Shown: positions 1 through 10,099 of the stretch, one piece after another
Layout of the letters: each line of letters starts with the position of its first letter
Numbering within the stretch: the first letter of the stretch is position 1
Source: Cyanophora paradoxa CCMP329
Taxonomy: Eukaryota; Plantae; Glaucophyta
DNA length: 64,000 bases
Direction: 5' to 3'
Assembly (NCBI GenBank): GCA_004431415.1
Contig: QPMI01000399.1
Location: 124,001-188,000, forward strand
Program-made: the position numbers and the translations under genes
The notes under the pieces: generated by a model
Seen by the model: the letters and a program-made list of their open reading frames with translations, nothing else
Databases searched by the model: none
Told to the model about the DNA's origin: nothing

Positions 1-206
1 AACCACTAGCACGCTCACATTGCGGAGAGAAGGTAAGACGAACAGTTGGCCATGTCGTAGCTTCTGAACATGTCCCCGGGCCGATACAATGGCATAAACA
101 AGTACCCACGCTCCACTATCTTGTTCACATCAGGTTCCTCCGTTGCCGTTTCGGATTCCAGGCAAGGGCCTTGGAGCTCGTAGATGAGCAGGGACGTTTT
201 ATCGCC
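1..206. repeat. Direct duplicate of 2115-2320 (runs off window start)
   Basis: Bases 1-206 match 2115-2320 by eye (aaccactagc...ttttatcgcc). This suggests a ~2.1 kb tandem or segmental duplication of the SET-containing unit. Confidence 0.9.
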
Positions 207-940
207 TAGAGGTAGATGTACGTTGTCCGAAGATTAACCAGGCAAGTCCGGCACAGGCAGCGGGTTTTCAGGATGTCCAATTGTTCATCCCAGGGATCCG
301 CCTGGGGGGATCCATCAGGGAAAGGAAGGTCGAACGCATTGCTCAACCGAATTCTTGGCAATTCGCACCGCATAGTTCCATGTGAGCCAGTCTCCGGGGC
401 TGATGAGCTTTCGTGCGAAAAAGACGAGCCGCTCAACGTCTCCAACGGTGACGTAAAGTAGCTCTAGGTTCGGGTCGCAGTCATGGTTTACAGCGACAGG
501 CCATCCCCCATGGGCCATCTGGATGACACTATTTTTACGACTGCGCAACGATTAGATTCGCAGCGATGGAACCAGAGAAATGGACTTCTTGAACTTGCAA
601 TGTGTCGTGGAGGCCTGTTGATCGTAAGCAGCCCGAGCAGCTGTTCTCGTCACAATGCTGCCGAGGACCTCGGCGACCTTCTGGCCTGGGAGGATTGGCT
701 CCGCAAACGGATGCAATCTGGCACCGACGCCACGCTTATTACGAAGGGGGAGTACGTCTCCCTGGCCTTCTTGACAAATCGGTTTCCGCAACTGAGACCG
801 CTTGCGTGCTTGCAAATACGACTAAAGCACTGAATTTGGGAGGAAGCGTTGTGGCACGCCGTCCGTTTTGCACTCTCGGTTTTACCACGCTCACAATAGA
901 AATCGTCGCAGCGTGTGCCCTGGGCCTTGCACTGACAACA
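206..940 (-). pseudogene. AWS-SET-postSET histone lysine methyltransferase domain (Set2/NSD/ASH1-like architecture), apparently disrupted
   Basis: Minus-strand translation gives AWS-like CCQCK..CDDFYC..CHNASSQIQCFSRICKHASGLSCGNRFVKK, SET-N NKRGVGARLHPFAEPILPGQKVAEVLGSIVT, and SET-C GGWPVAVNHDCDPN..RLVFFARKLISPGDWLTWNY. An in-frame GT-AG intron follows, then postSET RCLCRTC. There is a frameshift between AWS and SET-N and an in-frame TGA at 941-943. Confidence 0.85.
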
Positions 941-1029
941 TCATATGTAGATGATGTCTCGCATTCTGCGGACACCAATTCGGGTCAATTAGACACCAAT
1001 TCGGGTCAAGACGAGATCAATAACAAAAG

Positions 1030-3950
1030 AAAAGGACGGACTGTCCCCGTTCTTCATTGGCTCGAAGCTCTTGAATCCATCTGTACAGAAGTTCTGGCGT
1101 AGCTGGTTCAACCGTTCTGCAGCGACGGGAGAGCCGTCGTGCGTCATCGCCGCCAGGTTCGGGCTGAATACTTCGACATACTTCTTGTGAGGAAAAGGAC
1201 GGATCGGACAGTTCACAACCTCTCGATTATACTGTATGACATTCTCGGCGAACCTGATTATCGCCGTGAGAATCGTGGAGTTGTGGAGAAAACAATGTGT
1301 ACCGCTTAGCCTGTTGTTCGGCCTCCATTTCGGCACCTTTCGCGCCTGTTCTGGCGAAGCACGCGATGTACGCATCCAAAAGGCCTGCAGCGAAATCGTC
1401 CAACACCCTGGGGAAAATGAAGTCTTTCGCAATTGTCGGGTCATTCTTCCCAATGAAGCCCGTCGCATCGAGACTCTGTCGAATTGAGCGTGCGGACAGA
1501 TCGAGGTACAGGCAGGCGTGCATCCTGCACTGCGCATAGGACTCAGCGCGAGTTGCGGTTGTGTAAACTTATCAAAATGAGAAGAGCACCGACCAACACA
1601 CTGTCCCACCGTTGATGGCTTGAGCACAGATCAACCAGTCTTACGCGATCTGAAGCCGGCCCCGTACCTGGCAACTGGTGACAGAGGCCAGCCTGGAACA
1701 TGTACGACAGTACATCTCCAAACGAAGCTTCAAGATCGGCGTCCAAGGAATTGAAGGAGTTGAAGATGATAACGCCGTATCCATCGCGCAGGCAAAGAAT
1801 GTAAACAACATACCTTCCATAAAGCAAGTTTGCAACACGCGCTTCACGGTATACTACGTATTAAAGCGCACCAGTGCACGTTCTTTTGGAAATAAAACGC
1901 AAAGCCGGTCAGTGAGCCAACATGTGGGTGCTCCCAAATCGTCTCGCCTCTCGACTGCAGCCGCTTTATCTTGTCGGAAAACCATTTTCCATAGCCGTTG
2001 TTAGACACCGGAATATCGTTCGCGCCGATAGCACCGAGGAAATAGATGCCCGAGTTGCACAGAACGTCGGTTGTACCCATGAGTACTGTACCTGCGAAGG
2101 GAGGGCATGCTCACAACCACTAGCACGCTCACATTGCGGAGAGAAGGTAAGACGAACAGTTGGCCATGTCGTAGCTTCTGAACATGTCCCCGGGCCGATA
2201 CAATGGCATAAACAAGTACCCACGCTCCACTATCTTGTTCACATCAGGTTCCTCCGTTGCCGTTTCGGATTCCAGGCAAGGGCCTTGGAGCTCGTAGATG
2301 AGCAGGGACGTTTTATCGCCGTAAGTCGTCTCCCCGCGGTGGGTCGAAGCACTTTGCTCGAGTTCGCTCAAGTCCGGTGGTGTTATCTCTGTGACAAACT
2401 TGAAAGGCTTAAGAAAGGTTTCTTTCCGCCAGCGCCCACTTTCAATACGCTTGCACACTCAGCAATGAAATCAGCAATCAAATTCGAATAAGCAGCGGTC
2501 AGAGTTAAGCGTGCTAACTCTTGTGCCTGGGGAAGCTGTCTGAGATGCGTTTCAGTGTGCTGAGACGTGGCGCTGGATCCCAGGCGTAGTCGTTGAAAAG
2601 AATATCCGTGTCGCTGCGATTGAATAAGCACATAAAAGACAAATTGAGGGCTGAGCCGACCGACTGTAATCGTCCTCCACCGCATCCCCCTTGTTGAACT
2701 GCAGAACAGTGCTTAAGATCGCTTTGACCCGCACATCGTCATAGTATCCACCCAGCGTCGCAGCGAAATACGACATGCTGTCGACCAGCTTGGTGTCCAG
2801 CAGTTGCGCATCCTCCCGAAACGAGTTCCCGTACAATTCCAGCCCTGAGGCACGCGCTAGTGTCGCCTTCAAACACCTGAAGGGCGTCTTGGCTCCTTGC
2901 TTGGGCGGGTACCGTTCAAAGAGCGTGTAGTACAGCGCAAGCTGCCGAAAACACAATGATTTGCATGCCAGAGGAAACATAGTATTTCATAAGATCGTAG
3001 GCGGAACGGACCTTGCACGAAACGTGGTTCGTGCCGGCTCCGATGTCCTTGAAGTAAATGACGCGGCCTTCACTCTCAACCGAAGGCGTTTCCGCATGGA
3101 GGGGGAAAATGTCATCGTTGGTGGGCGCCAGCATGAAAGCGAAGTACTTTGACAGGAAGTGAGCGCCAAGCTCTCCATAGCGGGCAGAGTTTGCTTTGGC
3201 GGCTGCAAGGTTCCTCTTTTCATGAGCTCCTTTCCCGCTCATGGACGCGAAGTTGGTCTGAAGGAAGGCGGTGCCAGTCTGTTGGAAGCGCTTGTCGAAC
3301 GCGTTTCGCGAAAGCGTTCCAAATTCAGTTCCATAGTTGCCCTGGACGGGGCTAAAAAACTCGATGTACTTCTGGAGCAACGGCAAGTACATGTCGACAG
3401 AGGGCAAGTCCAGGAACGGCCGGGCCTGCCGGTAAGGATGTCGCCGACAAAGCACGTGCACGTGCCTCTTTGGCAAACTCGAGCAGGGAAAGAGTCTCCT
3501 TGCTCGTGCTGTGGGGCAATTCCTCTTTCCTATTTTCTGAACCGCCGGTCGTCGCATTCGATGCGCTGGAGCTGGAAGCGCGATCTTGATCTGCGCACGA
3601 GAGTCAAAGCGCTGAACCCCCAGAACCCTGGAATCACGGCGCCAACCTTCTTCTGGGTCGACCTCATCGGCAGCAATTGTGGTGACCTGGCACTCTGTTG
3701 CGACTGCGCCAGTCCAAAGTTAGACTAGCTGATCCCCGCTGGACCCTGCTGTACTGTACCAGGTTGTGACTTCGAAGACTTCAAACGATCTCTCCACTCG
3801 TGCAGGAGCACAATGTACTCCTCATAGGCCTTGAAACAGACAGTTGGGGGCCTCTTCAGCAAGTAGCGTTCGATGGAGTTTCCAAGCTTCGGGAGCAAGT
3901 CTCCCATCCCAATTTTGATGGCGCAACGACGCACTCGCATCTCCATGTTA
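1030..3950 (-). pseudogene. Degraded multi-exon gene of unknown function, probably the N-terminal part of the SET-domain gene
   Basis: Successive protein-like minus-strand ORF pieces (3725-3950, 2916-3420, 2552-2950, 2129-2458, 1227-1490) are separated by intron-sized gaps and contain in-frame stops. They are on the same strand as, and directly upstream of, the SET domain. Confidence 0.5.
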
Positions 3951-4950
3951 TCGGTGTTCTCCGACGCAATGGTTTGGAGTGGCTGCGCAGTGCAGTGAGC
4001 GGATTGCACGCGTAGCTGCTCAGTCGAAAAACGAACCCTGCGGGCGGCATGCGCAGCGTGGGAAATGTTGCCGGAACGCCGGGACAAGGCAACGGGTGAA
4101 CGCATGATAAGCTGCTGCGGGGCAAGGCAGTTCAGATTTGAACGCCACCAAGGCGAAGCTCCGCGGCGTTGGCAAAGAAGGTCACCCGCCGATGCACCTA
4201 CATACACAGGTGCGCTGGTAGGCCTGTTTGCCGCAGTGTGCACGAGTACGCGTGTTGAGCCGCGCTTTGCCGTCGGCCGCTCTAAGCGATCAAGGAGATT
4301 AGTGTACCCGCCCATGCCGGCTGGGCCTATGGCGTCGCCGGTGGATGCTGCTCTAGCCGCTGTTTTCCGATGGAACGGTGAGCAGAAGTGCGGAAGGCCG
4401 ACGTTGCATAACTCACGGCCTCCACGTACATTCAAAACTTGGGCTCTGCTCTTCACCTCTGACGAGCTGTGCATGCAGAGTCGCTGCGCTGCGCGGTGAA
4501 CCTTGATCCACTTCAAGGCCCGTCTGGAGCAGGCGCATGCCCCGCAGGATCGCGGGAACGCGCCCTATCGCTTCAGGAGATTGCACGCCAACTTGTGAAA
4601 TCGCCGGACTTCGCACAGGCTCTCATCGTCGTCGCCTCGCTGTCGGCCGTCGTTCGGTACTTGTTCTTTGCAACGTGTCAGCAGTTCCGTTCACTTTCGC
4701 GCCCGCAGGGCCACCATCGAGGTCTTAAAACTGAACGATACTGTGCCGGTGGCGTTCTTATGCATTCTTGGAGTGCGTGATGCTCTCCATGCTCCAGCCA
4801 GTTTCGAGAGCGTTGTTCACGCTTTCAGGTAGGCGTGCTGGCCGATGACACTCGAGCTCCCCACGACTTGACGGTTCCTGCAGTGCCTGCTCGGCTCTGC
4901 CAGCGACTGACTATGAAGCCCTCCATGCACACCTGCGAGAGCGAAGCAGT

Positions 4951-7283
4951 ATGAACGTTGTCAAGGCCGAAAACCCACAGGAAGAGGCCTCCTCAGCATG
5001 GGCGTTAGTAACGAGAGAGCTGCGGCACTTGATTCGCATCTTCGGCGACTCGTTCTTGACTTCTTGGGAGAAGTACGGTCAGCGACGCGCTCGTGACTAT
5101 GCTGGCTCATGGGGTTCTGCGTCCCACGTGGTCGTCGCTCAGCCTCTTGAGTACTCAACAAAGTGCGTACACTATATTATAGCTTAGTGGCACTCAAGCT
5201 CTCGCAACCCGCTTAATGCTGTTTGTCCTTCCAGATTTTGGGAGATCTTGGCAGCGCCCGTCGGACTCGCATCTGCTGCAGAAGATGTTGTGGCTGAGGA
5301 AGATTTCAAGAGTCCGAACGCAGCAGATCGGGACGGGACCCCAGAGAGAGCTGAGAGAGCTCAGAACGCTGAAATTGAGGGGAGCACCGCTGAAGCGAGC
5401 GACGTAGGTGGCTACGCATCAAGGATATCGTCAAGTGCGCCAACAGCGCTAGCGTCTGTATGCCGGATGCTCTTTCTGAGCTGTTCCACATATTCAAATA
5501 CAGTTGAGATCCGTGAACTACGGGCGAACATTGAGGAAGAGGTATTCGCTATGTCGAAGATTCTCACTTCCATCGCTTCGAATGCTGGGAGCATTTCAGA
5601 CCTAGAGCCTGAATTGTTTGGAGTGGCAAACATTGTGCGTGGTGCATCTGAGTGTGACGCTTCTTATTGATTGTGGAACATGCAGATTGCGGACTCGCTT
5701 GGTGATCGTGGAGGCGTTGCCAACTGGCTGGAAGGCTCCTGGGGAACATCCCGCGGTTATTTTGGGGTGAACCTGAAGAATGGTGCGCATGCACCGAATG
5801 CATATCCGGGAAGGTGCAAGATTGCAGAAGTGTCCTGCCTGAGGTTACGTGACTGTAATGTACTTGTTGTCATTCAGGAACAAGCACCTTACTCTTCCAG
5901 CCATCTACAGAAAGCTTCCGCCCGATCGGCAGACGGCGAATGACGTCCAGGAAGAGGAGAAGGAATGCATAGAAACGATTCGCCAGGTCTGATGCCTACT
6001 AGTGGTTCTTGTATATGTGGTCAGCGACGCCGCATGCGCAGCGCATTGAGGAGCGGCTGACGTCCGCGAAGAAAGTCACACCGGCAATGCTGGAGAAATC
6101 GATTCCTTTTGGCGACCTTGCTCTTCGTGTTATCGTATGCGAGGCTGTTCGTGTCGATCCAGTTCAAGGCCTGCAGTATTTATCAGTCAACTTTCTTATC
6201 ATGCTCTCCGACCTCTGCTATCGGCATGGCATCGCTCTCGTTTTCGACGAGGCCCTCACCAGTAAGAGTATTCTTTTAACTGAATATTTGCTGAACCAGC
6301 ATCAACAGTCCGTCTCGGGCAGCCTGCTTTCGGAACGGTCGGACTTTTTTCGCGTTCCAGGACTTTATAGACGTTGCTGAACGGAGAGGCGAAAAAGTCA
6401 TTGTTCATGGTATCCTAGTTGGAAAGGCTCTCACTCCATCGTTTCTGGTGGTGCGTAGTTTTCACCCAGTGGCCCTGCCCATGATGTCCATAAAAGATCA
6501 ATGCCCAGGTCCGAAAACTCGCCAATAACATTGACCCGTGGGAATGGACATTCAACAAGTTCGGAAGGAAACAAAACGTCACCTTTTCATCATCAAAGCT
6601 CCTTCGCTTTCACAATGGTTCCGTTTACTTCGAGTGCTAATTGGATGCGAATATTAATGGGATGGCAGAGAACATCACAGTTCAGCCGTACAGGCTGGCA
6701 CTCGTCCAGACATTGGACTTGCTGCGCGCTGTGCGTGCATGCGACACGCAACGCTCTACGCTGGAGAAACTAAGTGTTGAGATGAAGACACGGTTTAGCC
6801 GGGCTCTCGAATCGACAAGACAGAACGAGGAGGAGTTTCCAGACCCGCACACTTACAGCAATATGAATGACCGAGAATTTGAACGCAAGATGAAGGTTGA
6901 GAGTGCGGGTGCGCAGAATTGCTCCTCGCGGTCGTGGATACTAAGCTCAAGCGTACAACATTGCAGGCTTCCTCTTCGCGATGCCATCCCGGTTAGCACG
7001 GGCAAAGGGCATGCCATTCGCGTCTGTTGTGGGAACGCGTCCTGGACCTCCAGCGTACCATCGAGTACAAGTTCCCATCAATGTCGACATTACTGAGGTT
7101 GACCGAGTTCTTTTCCCTCCACTTGCAGAAGAATCACCGCAACGACCGGTTGCTCCACTCCCCTTTCCCCGTGTGACGGACGGCCTTCTCATGACGCACG
7201 GCCCCGTGTGGAACTTTCCGCAGCTTGCTCCCGCAGCACTTCCACCTTCCTTTGATGTTTCCGAAATGGATGTAGGAATTTAA
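4951..7283 (+). pseudogene. Degraded multi-exon gene containing a class III PLP-aminotransferase-like segment
   Basis: VIVCEAVRVDPVQGLQYLSVNFLIMLSDLCYRHGIALVFDEALT, then an intron, RLGQPAFG, a frameshift at a T run, and VIVHGILVGKALTPS. This resembles the class III aminotransferase FDE..T/G..R.G...GKA(L) signature. Confidence 0.5.
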
Positions 7284-8339
7284 AATTGCAACTGTATGAT
7301 ACAAGCCCACACTCAGGTGTGGTAAGCCCTGCCAATGCACGACTGGATTTCTTGACGCCTGTTGAGGGGCGGCGGGACGGGGCCTGCCGGCACGGGAGGG
7401 CGGGCGGGCGGGCTGCGGATGCTACAGAGGACGGGACGCCTGAAGGGCGCAACTCAGCCGAGGGCGCGGGGTGCGGTGGCGGGCCGGGAGGCTCACGGGG
7501 AGGCTGAGTGGATGCTGGAGGGCGAGCTGACGAGGCTAGGGTCGACGGGGGTTCTGCCGGCGGCAGTCAGCCCATGGTGCGGAGGGTAGGGGCGGGCCGG
7601 GAGGCTTACTGACGAGCCCGGTGGCCTGCGCCGGGCAGGCCGGCTGATGACGGTAGCGACCGGGCAGCCGGGTGCGGGGAGCGCGGCCGGGCTGGGAGGC
7701 TCACGGGCACGGCGACTAGTACTCGATGCACGCGTCGGCCGCGGCGCCGGGTACGGGGGCGGGCCGGGAGGCGGGCACCGGCACGGGAGGGCGGGCAGGC
7801 GAGCTCAAAGGCCCGGAGCAGCGCCGGCCCTCATCGTGTCCCGCGCCGTCGCCAGCCCTTCGTGGCGCCCTGCGCTGGGGCCGGTTAGAATTAGAGAAGG
7901 TAAGCACGTGTTTAAGGACTTTTGTAATTGCGATGTAGCGGCAGTCCGCTGAAATTATGATCAGATCTCAGGGAAGATGATGGCGGATGGGGACGGGACG
8001 GTCATCATATTCGGTCACAATCTGCACCGCCAGGGCCGTGACCGCCCGTTCGGCTTCGACGTCGAGCTTGTCGACATTCTCGAGAGGTGCAGGTTCTTTG
8101 TTTGCAATTTTGTTTTGTGTCAATCTAAGTGCCGCAATGCATCACGATCCGTTCACCGTTTCAGGGGGCCGTACTGCCCGATCATCATTGTGCCGGAGGA
8201 CTTCTAAATTAGAGGTATGTTTTTTACGTGAGATTTTTACGTAGAAGGGAGATGTATTATTGAGGGAGCTGGGCAGGTCCTGGAGGTGCAGGCAATCGCA
8301 CAGAATGAGAGCTGCAAATTCGATTGTTGACTTCGACTT

Positions 8340-9220
8340 CGACTGACGACCGCGGCGGCCTGCGCAGAGACGGAGAGATCAGCGGTTGGCGGGGGGGGCA
8401 GGGCGCGCGGGCAAGCTGACAAAGCTAGGGACGACGGGAGGCCTGGAGGGCGGCACTCAGTCGAGGACGTGGGGGGCAGGGGCGGGCCGGGAGCCTCACG
8501 GAGAAAACGATTCGATCCAGGCGCCGGCCGCTTTGACTGACGAGCGCAGCGGCCTGCGCACAGACGGGTACATCGGCGGGAGGCAGTAGGGCAGGGCGCG
8601 TGGGCGGGCTGACGAGGCTAGGGACGACAGGAGGCCTGGAGGGTGCCAGTCAGGCGACGGCGCGGGGGCAAGGGGCGGGCCGGGAGCCTCACGGGGAAAA
8701 CGACTGGATGCAGGCGCCGGCTGCTTTGACTGACGGGCGCGGCGGCCTGCGCACACACGGGTACATCAGCGGGGGGCGGGAGGACAGGGCGCGTGGGCGG
8801 GCTGACGAGGCTAGCAACAACGGGAGGCCTGGAAAGCGCCGGTCAGCCGAGGGAGCGGGGGGCGGGAGCGGCCCGGGCGGCTCACGGGGACGACGACGCG
8901 ATGCAGGCGCCGGTGGCTTCGACTGACGGGCGCGGCGGCCTGCGCAGGGACGGGGGGATCGGCAAGGGGCGGCAGGGGAGGGCGGGCGGGCGAGCTGACG
9001 AGGCTAGCGACGACGGGAGGCCCGGCCTGGAAACCGTGAATCAGCCGAGGGTGCGGGGGGCGGGGGCAGGCCGGGACGCTCACGGGGACGACGACTGGAT
9101 GCAGGCGCCGGCCGCTTCGACTGACGGGCGCGGCGGCCTGCGCAGGGACGGGGGGGTCGGCGGGGGGCGGCAGGAGAGGGCGCGTGGGCGAGCTGACGAG
9201 GCTAGCGAGGACGGGAGGCG
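8340..9220. repeat. ~195-bp GC-rich tandem repeat, ~4.5 diverged copies; related units at ~7365-7810
   Basis: Recurring blocks gactgacg (8341, 8535, 8728, 8921, 9119), gctgacgaggctag, ctcacgggga and gcaggcgccgg at ~193-199 bp period. Confidence 0.85.
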
Positions 9221-9443
9221 TTAAAAGCGCCGGGCACGAGGGGCGGGGGCGGGAGGCTCGGGGCGGTGGGGGCGAGCTGGGGGCGGGCGTGCGAGCAGAC
9301 AAGGCTGGTGGAGGGGGCGTGGGGCGGGGGGCTGGGGCGTGCGGGGACTGGAGGGGGCACGTGCCCGTGATCTGACGAGGCTAGACAGGACGCGGGGACT
9401 CGCCGCCCCCTACTTCCTCTGCTCCGCCGGCTGCGAGAAATCG

Positions 9444-10099
9444 TCAGGTTCGGGAATGATTGCTGGGCGGCGCGGAGAGGGTCACCTGCTTTCCCTTCGG
9501 TCTGGACGACGTTCCGAATTGCCTTGGCGTCTTCTTCCATCGCTCCTCTGCGGCCTTGAAGTCGGCTTGGAAGTCCTTGACGTCCTTCCAGTTGCCCGGC
9601 TCGCGGGTGCCGTCGATGACGTGCCATTCTCCTTTTTGGAACTGGCACCATCTGTAGTCGTGGCCCCAACGGTCAAAGAACTCGTCGAGCTTCTGCTCGT
9701 CTCCGATTGCAGCCTCGAATTCTGCCATTCGGGCCTCCGTTTCCTCCGTGTGTCTCGCGATCTCGGCTTGCAGTACGGGGTTTGTGCAGTCCAGCAGGCG
9801 GCGGATGGTGTCGGGCCCGTGTGAGTCGATGTTCGTGAAGAGTAGCGACATGCGGTCCGGGACGCGGGACATGACGACGTACAGTATTTGCCGGATCTCA
9901 GACGTCAACTTGATGCCGCCGAGATCCGCAACAACGCACACGAGCGTCTGACCCTGGGACTTGTGGACGGTCATGCCGGCGGCCAGTCGGAGTGGGAATC
10001 CGAAGCGTGCGTTGCTGGTCGACTCGTCGATCATGCTGGCAGTCTTCCTGTTGTCGGCCACTGCGGGCGTGGTCGACGGCATCACTTGAAGGCCCGGCG
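9444..10099 (-). mobile_element. C-terminal piece of Helitron-type PIF1 helicase (motifs V-VI)
   Basis: RFGFPLRLAAGMTVHKSQGQTL and LYVVMSRV are the PIF1/RecD-like C-terminal motifs. The 5' edge is cut exactly at the TIR starting at 10100. Confidence 0.9.
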
